Source: Pelagomonas calceolata (lineage: Eukaryota). From it: a stretch of 64,000 nt of DNA. Position numbers and translations under genes: made by a program. Below are positions 20,101 through 30,136 of this stretch, piece after piece. Position 1 is the first letter of the stretch; each line of letters starts with the position of its first letter. The notes under the pieces were generated by a model. It saw only the letters and a program-made list of their open reading frames with translations. It was not told the origin of the DNA and did not search any database. The stretch covers positions 434,001-498,000 of the forward strand of contig CAKKNE010000001.1 in the NCBI GenBank assembly GCA_918797485.1. The letters are read 5' to 3'.

Positions 20101-22203
20101 CACGACCACGACTCTTCGCTCCCTTATAGCCTTGACGACACTTGAACCGCGCTGGTAGGCCGGTAGCTGCTTCCTTTGAGCCAATAACCGCTTATACGTC
20201 TCGTCCTTGCTTCTCTTGGTATCTAACTCCTTCTTCAGCTTCTTGGATTCTTCCAGAGCTTGCTTCGTGACCGCGGGATCCTCCGGCTCCTCCTCGACCA
20301 CTTCCGGTGGAGGGTCGTTGTTCGCCTCCAAATAAGGATGTTGTTGTACTTGTTCATCGATCTGCGCCATGATATCCAGGAGCATCGGCGACGGCGCGAA
20401 GTTCTCGGGCATGTTGTTCACCGACAAACCGCGCTTCTCGCCGATGCGGCGCACGCCGTGGAGGCGCTCGGCCTCCTGGATCGCTTGCTGCCAGGCCCGT
20501 TCCGTATCATTGGCCTGGAAGAGCCGCTTGCATTCCTTCGATACTGAAGCCTGCTTCAGCAGCGCTCTACAAGCATCCTCGGGCGCTTGTAGCTTCGCCG
20601 CTAGACATGATGCTCGTTCATCGAACTCCGCGCCGAGCTGGCTCGGCATAACAATATCCTCGTCCGTCTCGTCTTCATCTTCAACGACGCCTTCCGCGCG
20701 CAACGCCTCGCTCCTTGCTCTCTCAGCATCGCGCCTCGCCTGCACCAAGTCCTCATTGGAATTAGAACTCTTGAGGAACGCGACGCGCGACGCCTTGTCG
20801 GCCCTCGCTTGTGCCGCCGCGTCGGCCTCTTTTTGTACTTTGTCGGCCTCGCGTCTTTCGGCCTCGGCCTTACAAATGGATGCGGCCTTCTCCTCCTCCT
20901 CATCCACGACCGGTGCCACGCCTTCTCCTAAAAAACGGGCGTGCGATTCATGGACCGCGTCGCGGAGCCACTCGCACGCTTCATATAAAGCGGGCCCTTC
21001 GATGCTGGAGACGTGCTTGCATAATTGTAGATGCACGTCCCGCAAGACGCCGGGCGGCAGCAATGCGTTCCGAAACAACAACCGGGGCGGCCCGCGCACG
21101 GGGTAGGCGTCCTGACCACTCACAAAACACTCGAGCGACGACTTCACGCTGCCGGCCGGCTTCCGCAGCTCCAGGAACTCGCGCGAGTCGAGGCTGATCT
21201 TCACACAATCATCAACGAGTGAAATAGCATCGTCGCCGAAGATGGCCTTGAGGGCCTCGACTTCGTCGCTCCGCTCCTGCGCGGCGAGCTCGGCCTCGAC
21301 GGCGTCCGACGCTCTTAGTGAAGAGCAGCTCTTCTGAGTCAACAGATTCAAGGCCCGCCGCTCGTCGCCCTTGGCCTCCGATAACGCTTGCTTGGCGTCC
21401 TTGCTGTCGAACCCCAATGCTTCCAAGCCACACGCCGCCGTCGCGAGCTGCCAGTCGATCGACCCCGCGAGCTCGACGCCACCTGAACTTCCGGTGACGA
21501 CGGTGACCCTTGCAGCTTTATTATTTCTTCTGAGGGACTTCGTGAGCTCGGCTTCATCACACGTGACGCACAACCAATCTAATGCAGCTGACAATGTGTT
21601 GGTTTTAGAATGTTGGAGTGCTTGCCGCGCTCTCGAATCTTTGAAGCACAGTCTTTTAGTTAAATGGGTCCAGATGGCCGCCTGCTCTTTCCCGGGCGGC
21701 GGGGCGTCGTCATCGATCGGTGGCGGTGGTGCTGGGGGTTTGGGCGGCATGGCGTCGCCCGTCGGTAATGGTTTCGGTTTTGGTGGTGGCGCGGGCACCT
21801 TGGACGCCTGTTGAGAGCCGCTGCCGTCGTCGACCACACCATAGCTCAGCAACAACTCCTCGACCAACTTCGCGTGGTCCTTCGACATGTCGACCGCTTC
21901 CAGCGCGTTGACGTCCACGCCCTTGAGCAGGCGCCGCTGCCGCTCGAGCGCCGCCGACGTGGCCGACTGCGGCTTAGGGTCAGTCTTCTTCTTGGCAGCT
22001 CGTACGGTGAGTCCACCAATAACGCGCGCCTCGGGCTTGGCCTCGTCGCGGCGCCCCTTGCCGCCGCCGCGGCCGCGGCCCTTGCCGCCCTTGCCCTCTT
22101 TTTTCTTGGATGGCGGCTTCCAGGTGCTGAACCGCGACCGCGTCGACTTGTTGATGACCTCGGCGTTCTGCTGCTGGCGGCGGGCGTTGTTCATTCGACC
22201 CAT
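17199..22203 (-). CDS. DEAH-box RNA helicase, DHX57/DHX29/DHX36 clade (UBA- and RWD-like N-terminus); intron at about 18000-18087 (or -18093)
   Basis: TGAGKTTQVPQ, TQPRRISA, DEVHER, MSAT, TNIAETSITIDD, QRRGRAGR. The C-terminal OB region (YLHP...YREIVRTAKVYVRDAT) lies in another frame and is joined by a GT-AG intron ending at 18000. Confidence 0.92.
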
Positions 22204-22494
22204 GTTTGCGAGATCTTGTCGCTGCAGCAGTGTGCAGTGCTTGCGAGCAGTGTTTGCGAGCTCTTCGCTGCTGCTATTGGTGGGCGCGCTGCGACCGGTG
22301 GTCGACGCTCGCGCGCGCTTGTTGCGGCTTTTCAGTGTGCAGTGTGCAGCTAGCACTGCAGACCAGCGCGCGGCGAAGCGGTCGAACGCGCTGTAGAGTG
22401 GGCGCAGCGCTCTATTGAATAGGTCAACGCACTAATGTGCTTCGCGTGCGCTACACAGCAGTCGCGATCGTCATCGATCAAAAAGCTTGTGCGG

Positions 22495-22516
22495 CTAGTG
22501 TCTTACATGCCGCTAG
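22495..22516 (+). promoter_or_regulatory. Intergenic motif copy CTAGTGTCTTACATGCCGCTAG
   Basis: Between the divergent helicase and ARM/HEAT genes. Confidence 0.6.
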
Positions 22517-22729
22517 CTGCGAGCCGGCGCGCTCGCCTCAAATCGCTGCAAGCATCGCTCTGCGTGCGTGGTGAAACACATACAAAGCACGCCACAGTTG
22601 CTGCGAACACGCACGCGCGTCGCTGTAGCCAGCTTGTACGGCTGTAGCCAAAGCGAGAGCAGCCAGCTTCGGAGAGCGCGCAGCGATTGCGGCCGAAGAA
22701 GCGCAGCGAGCGGAGAGACACAAACTACG

Positions 22730-25700
22730 ATGCTTGCACATGTAGTAGACGCAGCCCTAAAACACGACCGCGACGCGGCGCGCGCGGCTACCCGCGGCGC
22801 GGCGCCGTACGCCCAGAAAAGCAAGAGCAAGGTCGCCGCGCTCGACGCGTTACTGATCCGGGCCGAGGCCGATGATGATGAAGACGCCGCGGCGCTGAGA
22901 CGCGTCTTCCAGCTCATAACCGACGCGTCGGCGAAGGCCGCGAAGAGGGGCGACGACCAATTGACCCAAAACTGCGGCTTCTTGACGCGGTGGCTGCTGC
23001 GCCGCGGCGAGGGCGGCCTGAGCTCCGTGAAGGCCTCGCGGGCCTTCGCGGCGGCCGTGGGAAATAGTGATGACGAAAGGTGGCGCGTCCTCGGCGTCTG
23101 CGAGACAATTGGAAGAGCCTGCCACGTCAAAGCGGGTCATGGTATTGAGGACGCGGGCGGCGTCGTAGCCGCGGTCGCCCTCGCACATATCGGGGAGGCG
23201 TTATCATCGATTATATCAGACGCGGAGAAGCCCACGCGTTTAAGTACTGCAGCCGCCAGGGCCTTCCACGAGTTAGTACATGCCTTATCTCGCGGCGCCG
23301 AGTGGACCTCTACCACTCTAAGGGAGGCGGATAGTGATGACGACACGGATGGAGAAACAGACGAGTCGTGCGCGCCCGATTTGTACCAGAGATGCCGCAC
23401 GCAATTATTGGGGCTACTGCCAGCAATCGCGCGGTCGATCCACGGTCAAGTCGGCTGGCACGCGGGGACGTCGAGCCACCGCGCGTCCTATGTCAATGCA
23501 TTACGTGATTTGCTGACAGAGCTCGGCGCCGACGCGGCGGGGAAGGTCGATGGCACCGGCGCGGCCTCGGCGCAAGCTAGACAGAAGTCGCCCATCCAGA
23601 GCGCGCTGGCGTCGAGTTCTGAGTTAAATATTACAATACAAGAAAATGATAGAGACGGGCGGGATACAGCGGAGGTGACGCAAGCCGCGGCCCGAGCGCA
23701 AAACGCCGCTTCATTGAGACTGGCCTGGGTGCTGCGCGCGGCGCCGCCTTCATTGCTCTTTGTGGACAAGGATTCTATAGCGACCACGGTCGCGAGCGTC
23801 GCGCAGGAACTACAAGCCGTATCACACAATCAAGTAGAATCGGACGACGATAGCGATGATGACGGCTTCGACCCCGAGAAGGAGAAGTTGAAAAGAAGGG
23901 AGGCGCGCTGTTCGCGAGCGGACCTGAAGCGGGCGGCCTGCCGCCGCGCGTGTTTGGTATTGGGCCAGGTCAAGGCGAAGCGGCTGGATTCATTACTCGA
24001 AGCGAGACCCGAGGTTCATGGGGCTCTGCAGTCGAGCTGCGCCTTTTTACTGAGAGGCGACCCGGACAAAGGGGAAGAAGACGCGTTCGCCGACGGCTGC
24101 GACGCCGCGACGGCGTTTCTAGCGTCGTCGCTGCTCAAGAGGTCCCTGGAAGGAGCTTTACTGAAGGGTTCTTCCGCAAGCGACCTCGCGGCGCCCCTTT
24201 TAAATATTTTGGATAGTGGCGAAAAACCGGATGAGCCGGCGTCGGCCGCGGTGGGGGCTCTCCTCGCGCCGCTCGCTCTACAGGAGAAGTCACCGGTCCT
24301 CGACGCCTTGTTAGCACGGTGCGGTGGCAACGGCGGCGGCCTCACGGCGTTAGAACGTGTGCTCGACGCGGCCCAAAAAAATGGAAGGCGGGACATCGGG
24401 GGCGACGCCGCGGACGCCTTATGTAGAGAGGTCTCCACCTCAACCGACGCGCACCGGCGCGACCGGGCGTCACGATTATTCGCGAAGATCGACGCGGACG
24501 TGGCCCTGCCTCGATTACGCGCCGCGCTGAAGCGCGCTCAAACAGAAACCTCGAAAACGGCCCTCGAAACCTGCGTCGGCATCAATATAACGGGAAGCGA
24601 CGACGCCGACGGCGCGCTCGCCTTCCTCGGCCAGTGCCTGAAGGGCGACGCGTCTCCAACAGAAGGCGAGATTGAGTTAGAAGCGTGGGCCGACCGCGTG
24701 TTGAAGAGCGCGCCGCTCTGGGTCGGGCGCATCGCGTCGAAAGGTGGCACGCGGTGGACCAATACGGCTGCGGGCTGTGCAGCTAGAGCATGCGTGCCCA
24801 AGGACGCCGCGGCGTTGCGGCTCTGGGGGTGTGTATGTGATGAGATCAGTGATAGGGAGACGGCGCGCGCGGCTATGAACGCGATCGTATCTGTTGAAAG
24901 TGACGACCTCTTCGCGCGCCTCGCTCCCTTATTAGCGATGAAGCGCGCGCCGGCGAAGTTCTGGTTCCTTAGTGGCGCCGACGGCGCCTTCGCGCTCCTC
25001 AAAGCGGCGCTGATGATGAATGAGCACAAAGCCGTGAAAACTATCGCCGCCGAGGTGCTCGGGCGCCTGCCTCCGTCGTACACCGCCCGGGCGGCCCAGG
25101 ATATATTCAAGTACGTGGAAACGCCGTCGGCCGAAACCGCCGACGCCGCGCGCGCGGCCCTCTACGCCGTCTGCCACGCCGCGACGGTCCACGGTGCTTC
25201 CGCGACGCTCGCAGCTAAACCGCCGGTCCTCGAGCCGCTTCTCACATTACTGCACTACGTGCCGAACGATTCGGATGGAAAACGGGCCGCCGAGGCGCAG
25301 CGCGGCGCCGCCCACGCGCTGGCTATGCTCCTGGGCGCCGAGAGCGCTCATTGTGCGACGCAAGCGCCGCCCAAGGCACGGCCATTGGTCGTGGAGGTTT
25401 CAGATGTTGAGGACGCGGCCCCGGCGCCGCTCGCGCGTTTGGTGGCGGCGTGCGGCGACCCGTACGGCACGGATTGTGTGGAGGCCGCCGTCGGCGCGTT
25501 TTCTTTGTCGAGTGGGTTAGCAGAGGACGTTATAAAAGCACTCCAACGGCGCGACGGCTGCGGGGTATTAAGGGTCGCGTGCGCGAACGCCGTCGCGACG
25601 GCCGCGCGGCAGCTCACGGACGATAAAGCGTTGGTGGCGCTGGGAGACGCGCTGGCGGGCGCGTGTATCCATGGAGGCGCGCCGCGCGAGCCGCCTGCGG

Positions 25701-26131
25701 GCTCGACGCCGGCGCAGGCCGCCGTCGCCATCGTGACGCGCGCGGCCTGGCTCCAGGCTTTGTTTGTCATCGTCTTCCGCACGAAGCGCGTTCCATCAAG
25801 CGTGGCGGCCGCAGACGTGTTTGGCGTCGCGTTGGAGGCGGCGCGATTTTCTGGAGACGCGACCGTGCGGCGGGGCGGCCTCGTGCTGCTCTCGTCGCTC
25901 GTGGGCGTGGACAGCGAGCTCTGGACGAGGCTGCCGCCGGCGTCGGCGGCGCAGGCGCGAAACGCTTTAAGGGCGGTCGCCGCCGCGGATCCCGAGAAGG
26001 AGCTGCGGGAGCTTGCGGCCCAGCTGTCCTCGGCCGTCGACGAGGCGATCGGCGAGGCGCCGCCCGTGACTGCTCCGGCTATGCCGGTCAGTGCGTCGCC
26101 GATGATCGGCGCGCTGAATATTGGGTTGTGA
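22730..26131 (+). CDS. Large ARM/HEAT-like helical protein of unknown function
   Basis: Long uninterrupted Ala/Leu-rich ORF with helical repeats such as LRAVAAADPEKELRELAAQL; no specific family recognised. Confidence 0.65.
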   Translation: MLAHVVDAALKHDRDAARAATRGAAPYAQKSKSKVAALDALLIRAEADDDEDAAALRRVFQLITDASAKAAKRGDDQLTQNCGFLTRWLLRRGEGGLSSVKASRAFAAAVGNSDDERWRVLGVCETIGRACHVKAGHGIEDAGGVVAAVALAHIGEALSSIISDAEKPTRLSTAAARAFHELVHALSRGAEWTSTTLREADSDDDTDGETDESCAPDLYQRCRTQLLGLLPAIARSIHGQVGWHAGTSSHRASYVNALRDLLTELGADAAGKVDGTGAASAQARQKSPIQSALASSSELNITIQENDRDGRDTAEVTQAAARAQNAASLRLAWVLRAAPPSLLFVDKDSIATTVASVAQELQAVSHNQVESDDDSDDDGFDPEKEKLKRREARCSRADLKRAACRRACLVLGQVKAKRLDSLLEARPEVHGALQSSCAFLLRGDPDKGEEDAFADGCDAATAFLASSLLKRSLEGALLKGSSASDLAAPLLNILDSGEKPDEPASAAVGALLAPLALQEKSPVLDALLARCGGNGGGLTALERVLDAAQKNGRRDIGGDAADALCREVSTSTDAHRRDRASRLFAKIDADVALPRLRAALKRAQTETSKTALETCVGINITGSDDADGALAFLGQCLKGDASPTEGEIELEAWADRVLKSAPLWVGRIASKGGTRWTNTAAGCAARACVPKDAAALRLWGCVCDEISDRETARAAMNAIVSVESDDLFARLAPLLAMKRAPAKFWFLSGADGAFALLKAALMMNEHKAVKTIAAEVLGRLPPSYTARAAQDIFKYVETPSAETADAARAALYAVCHAATVHGASATLAAKPPVLEPLLTLLHYVPNDSDGKRAAEAQRGAAHALAMLLGAESAHCATQAPPKARPLVVEVSDVEDAAPAPLARLVAACGDPYGTDCVEAAVGAFSLSSGLAEDVIKALQRRDGCGVLRVACANAVATAARQLTDDKALVALGDALAGACIHGGAPREPPAGSTPAQAAVAIVTRAAWLQALFVIVFRTKRVPSSVAAADVFGVALEAARFSGDATVRRGGLVLLSSLVGVDSELWTRLPPASAAQARNALRAVAAADPEKELRELAAQLSSAVDEAIGEAPPVTAPAMPVSASPMIGALNIGL

Positions 26132-26148
26132 ACTAACACTGTGTTGTC

Positions 26149-26718
26149 TTAAAGGCTATCTTCGCTTTCGAGGAGGCGCGAATAGTCGGCGCGCACATAC
26201 GAAGGGAGCGCGTTCTGCCGGAAGCCCATCTGGCCGAGCTCGTGCGTCGGCACGCCGTCGGCGCGCAGCGAGACGACCCGAGACTGCAGCGTCGTCGGGA
26301 GCGTTGTTCGGAGCTTTACGATGAATATGTCGGTCGCGTGATTGGTCGAGCTGAAGACTATTTTCGCGTACCTCGATGGCCTTTTCGCGAGCTGCGTCAC
26401 CAGCCCCCTATAAAAGGGAAAGAGGTCGGGCCCTGCCGAGCGGCAGTCGACGAGGAGCGACGTTGGCGCCTCGGTCGGCTTTGCGATGCTCCGACCGACT
26501 ATTTCCGCGGCGGCTAACGCCCCGGCTGGATCTCGCGAGCCCGAGAGCCGCCGCGAGTCGACATAGAGGCAGCGGCTCCCGTCGATCAGCCGCCGGCCGC
26601 CCACCTCGCGATCCGGGGAACCGGCGGGCGTCGCGTCGCTGTTGCAGTCCGTGTCGTCGTCCGAGTCCGAATCGTTGTTGATCGGCTTGAATGGCGTGCG
26701 GGCGAGGCAGGAGAGCAT
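26149..26718 (-). CDS. CRAL-TRIO/Sec14-like lipid-binding domain protein (divergent)
   Basis: SLLVDCRS...PSRYAKIVF...LPTTLQSRVVSL...GFRQNALPSYVRADY follows the CRAL-TRIO pattern. Confidence 0.5.
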   Translation of the reverse strand: MLSCLARTPFKPINNDSDSDDDTDCNSDATPAGSPDREVGGRRLIDGSRCLYVDSRRLSGSRDPAGALAAAEIVGRSIAKPTEAPTSLLVDCRSAGPDLFPFYRGLVTQLAKRPSRYAKIVFSSTNHATDIFIVKLRTTLPTTLQSRVVSLRADGVPTHELGQMGFRQNALPSYVRADYSRLLESEDSL

Positions 26719-26981
26719 TGTCGGTGGCACAGTCGATTGAGCGTCGGTTCCCCGCCACGGATGAGAGTAGTTAAGAGGGCGCCCACGGACGGTCCGAACG
26801 TCAAATGAGCGTTAAGCCTTGAGCTTGTAAGTTGTAAATTGGCCACGACCGGTTCGCGAGGGGGGCGGTCGGGTCCCCAGCGTCAAGTGATGGTCCCCTT
26901 GATGTAAATGGGCGTGCCGGAAAAGCCTAGCGGGACCCACGCCCGGCAAAATAGCGGCAAGCTCCGACAAGCCCGCGTGGG

Positions 26982-27002
26982 CTAGCGGCAGTAAGACACT
27001 AG
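26982..27002 (-). promoter_or_regulatory. Intergenic motif copy CTAGTGTCTTACTGCCGCTAG (21 bp)
   Basis: Between divergent genes starting at 26718(-) and 27177(+). Confidence 0.6.
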
Positions 27003-27176
27003 CCAGCTCGTCTTGGCTGTCCAACGGCGCTGTGGCACTCACGGAGCGTGCCCGCCGCCTAAGGTCCGACGCAGTCGCAGCGGAGAGGCTAAGGTCCGCA
27101 TCAGTCGCAGCGTAAAGGCTGCCCCGAAGCCGCCAGCGAGAAGGCAGGTCCGCCTCGGGTCCCCACCCGCTGGACG

Positions 27177-28401
27177 ATGGGGCAGCACTGGCTCCTCGTC
27201 TGCGCAGCCGCCCTGGCTACAGATGTCGCGCCAGAGATCGAGGAGCTGGCGCGGCGGCGCCTGAGGAAGATGGGCGTCGTCTTCCTCGAGGACGACGACG
27301 CGGTGAACATCCAGTCTGCCCTGTGTGCAATTCAACCAGTGAGTCGGGTTATCGCCGCCCTGTCACAGAGACAACATCGCGTCGATGGCGTGGGGCGCCC
27401 GACATTTGATTTCCGCACAGGTGCATCGAAGAGATACATAAGTACAGCCTCTGCCTCCAGACCTCGGCCTGCCCGGTGCCGCTCGCTAAGGCGCCGGATC
27501 GCGCGACGACGCCGCGCTGCGAGGGCGCGCCGACGGACGCAGCTATCACACAACTCGTCGAGGAGCGGGTCCGCGCGACCGGCGACGATGAGGCAACGGC
27601 GCGGGCGTACCTCACGTCCTACGACCTCTGCGCGAAATGGGGCGACGAGGAGACGAAACAGCCCGACCGCAGTCGCCGGACGCGCGAGAACTGCCCGGCT
27701 GGCTGTGATTATGTTACGAATTGCCAGCGCGGTTCGGTGTGGGAATTACTGCTCGATGGCGTGGAGGTCCCGCCAACGCCATCGTGACGGCGCCTGCTCA
27801 CTGGTCGACACACAGGTACGCCCCCGAAATCTGGGACCCGGTCTACAACTGGACGAACAAGGACGGAGTGTTGCGACTAGTCAACCGCACGACCGAACCA
27901 AACCTCCTCGACGACGACAACACGGAAGCCATGTGCGACCGCGTCTATTCAACGACGAAGCCCTGGAGCTGCGCCTGGGGCGACGCCTCGGACGGCCTTG
28001 GGGCTGCGCCCATGCGCTGGACGGATAATAACGGGGCGCCAGGAGCTGCCGGGGACGACGACTCGCCGATGGGCGTGTCCTTCAACCTCAAGCACAAGAT
28101 CAACGCGTGCGGATGCCAGTTCTGGGACGCGCTCTCGTGCCAGATCGCGCACCGGTGCAACGGCACCCTGGCGGAGGGCCAGAAGGTCTGGCTGGCGGAC
28201 GGCTCGAATTGGCCCTGGCGCGACGTCGAACCCGGAACGCAGCTCCTGGGCGGCGCGCGGGCCAGGCGGTGGCCGGCAGAGGCGGACATGCGGCCGACGC
28301 CGTGCCTGGACATGTGCGCGTCGTCGTCGGCCGCGGCGACGGCGGCGTCGGCGCTCGCTCTCGTGGCCGCCGCCGCGGGGGTGGTGGTAATGACTTGGTA
28401 G
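27177..28401 (+). CDS. Cys-rich secreted/membrane-anchored protein, two introns (about 27314-27420 and 27739-27815)
   Basis: Signal peptide MGQHWLLVCAAALA; three ORF pieces joined by two introns with family motifs; hydrophobic C-terminal tail. Confidence 0.65.
27314..27420 (+). mobile_element. Introner-like intron, element in reverse orientation relative to the BiP copies
   Basis: Imperfect TIRs CTGTGTGCAATTCAA / TTGATTTCCGCACAG; internal CGCGTCGATGGCGT and AACCAGTGAGTCGGG are reverse complements of motifs in the BiP introns. Confidence 0.85.
27739..27815 (+). mobile_element. Degenerate Introner-like intron (donor position uncertain)
   Basis: Contains CTCGATGGCGTGG and ends CTCACTGGTCGACACACAG; removal restores the frame into YAPEIWDPV. 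Confidence 0.7.
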
Positions 28402-28448
28402 TGATCAGGCTAATTACGTCGCGGGGTCCCCCGTACCCCTCCCGCTTG

Positions 28449-28470
28449 CTAGTGTCTTACAGGGCGCTAG
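28449..28470 (+). promoter_or_regulatory. Intergenic motif copy CTAGTGTCTTACAGGGCGCTAG
   Basis: Upstream of the ATG at 28708. Confidence 0.6.
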
Positions 28471-28707
28471 ACTCAGTGCATAAGCGTTTCGCTGCTGCGA
28501 GTGGACGACCGCAATCGACGTGGCGAAGTTATAGCGAACCACAGCAGTCGCCCTTGACACGGGATTAATCAACACTGGGTCTTGGTGACACAGTTTCTTC
28601 AGACATTTCAGAGAGAGCTGCTCTGTAACTTAGACTAACCCTTGCGTCGGCGAAGCTGTGTACGCGGAGAAACGGCAAAGGGGACAGACATTTCAGACAA
28701 GAGGACG

Positions 28708-30120
28708 ATGGCAGGGCGCGAGCCTCTCTCCCGCGACGACCCTCGGTACCAGGAAGCACTCGAGAAAGTCGGTGAGACTATTGCCGCAAAGTTTTTCGAT
28801 CCCAGGCGCACCGACGGTGGGTTCGCCCTGCGGTCGATCGTGTGCCTGACCGGCCTCACGGCGGCTCCCGCGCTCCAGCCTCTCAACGGGCGCATGGCGG
28901 CGGTCGTCGAGGAGCTGGACGCCACCGGAAGAATGACGGTGACGTTTTCAGGGGTTATGGGCGCACGGGAGCCGGGGGACATCCGCCGGCTCTTGCGCGT
29001 CCGGCCGAAGAACTGCCGACGCATTCCCACCGAGATGGCCCACTGCACGCTGAAGCTCCGGATGCGCGATGGTGGTAGACCCCGGGCCGTGCGCGACTTC
29101 GCGAGCGAGGCCGCCGAATTCAAGAGTGACACCGAGGGCATGGCATGGCTCGGCTTATTTAAATCTAAAGGAAACAAGATGCCGGAGGACCTGGACGCCG
29201 TCGGCTCCTTGGAACGCGCGGGCATCCAAGTCAGACTGAGTGCGTTTCTGTCGCGCGGCGAGGCGTCGCGGCTGGCGCGGACGACGTGGGCGCGCGCCGT
29301 GCGGCGCGACACCGAGCAGCGCGAAGGGCAGATCGGCCTCATGCAGAAGCTGAGCGAGATGCCTGGAGAGCAGCAAAACTTTAAGGTGTTTCAGACCTAT
29401 CTGGATTCGGTGCTCGCGCGCGGCTGCCCGACCATCGCGATGATGCAAACGTGCACATTCCTTTCCGTCTACACGGAGGAAGTGAGGGCTGGACGGATCT
29501 CGAGAAGGGAGGTCGTGGACGGCGCGCTGAAGTCTGTCTGCACGCTCGCCCGGGAGTGGGCCGCGTTCGGCGTCGTCGCCTACTTTTTCTTCGGGTTCCT
29601 GCAAGTCGTGTTCGACGCAGCCGCGAGGCCTCGCATCTACATCGGCAACGAGACGGAGTCCGGCGCCTGGCAGGCGCTCGTCGCTATATTGCTGGCCCAG
29701 GGTGGCGCCGGCGGCGACCCCATGGGTTGTATCATGGCGCTCGGCGCCGCGCGGGGCTTGATCGTGTCCATGCAGGATCCGTACGATTTCGGCGCGGCGG
29801 GCGGGCTCGCAGCGGCGCATGCCATTCTCACGTGCCACGGCGCGCCGCCCGAGCTTATCAACGAGGCGCGTCACCTCGCTGCGTCGATCTACAGCACGGG
29901 CTTCCAGCCGATCCTGCCGTTCCGCGGCGTGCGAACGTTCTCGAACGTCGACGACGGCGCGATGGCGCGCAAATTGGATTTCTTCCGGCGCTTCGAGGCG
30001 GGCGAACTTACGGTTGCCTACACCGACGAGTGGTCGCGGCTCGTGAACACGCCTTCTTCGGAGAGCGAGCCCGCGACCGACGAGGACGAGGAGTCGACCG
30101 ATGAGGACGGGGAGTCCTAA
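28708..30120 (+). CDS. Hypothetical protein
   Basis: Long ORF with protein-like composition and an acidic tail; no family recognised. Confidence 0.6.
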   Translation: MAGREPLSRDDPRYQEALEKVGETIAAKFFDPRRTDGGFALRSIVCLTGLTAAPALQPLNGRMAAVVEELDATGRMTVTFSGVMGAREPGDIRRLLRVRPKNCRRIPTEMAHCTLKLRMRDGGRPRAVRDFASEAAEFKSDTEGMAWLGLFKSKGNKMPEDLDAVGSLERAGIQVRLSAFLSRGEASRLARTTWARAVRRDTEQREGQIGLMQKLSEMPGEQQNFKVFQTYLDSVLARGCPTIAMMQTCTFLSVYTEEVRAGRISRREVVDGALKSVCTLAREWAAFGVVAYFFFGFLQVVFDAAARPRIYIGNETESGAWQALVAILLAQGGAGGDPMGCIMALGAARGLIVSMQDPYDFGAAGGLAAAHAILTCHGAPPELINEARHLAASIYSTGFQPILPFRGVRTFSNVDDGAMARKLDFFRRFEAGELTVAYTDEWSRLVNTPSSESEPATDEDEESTDEDGES

Positions 30121-30136
30121 GCAGACTAAAGCATGA

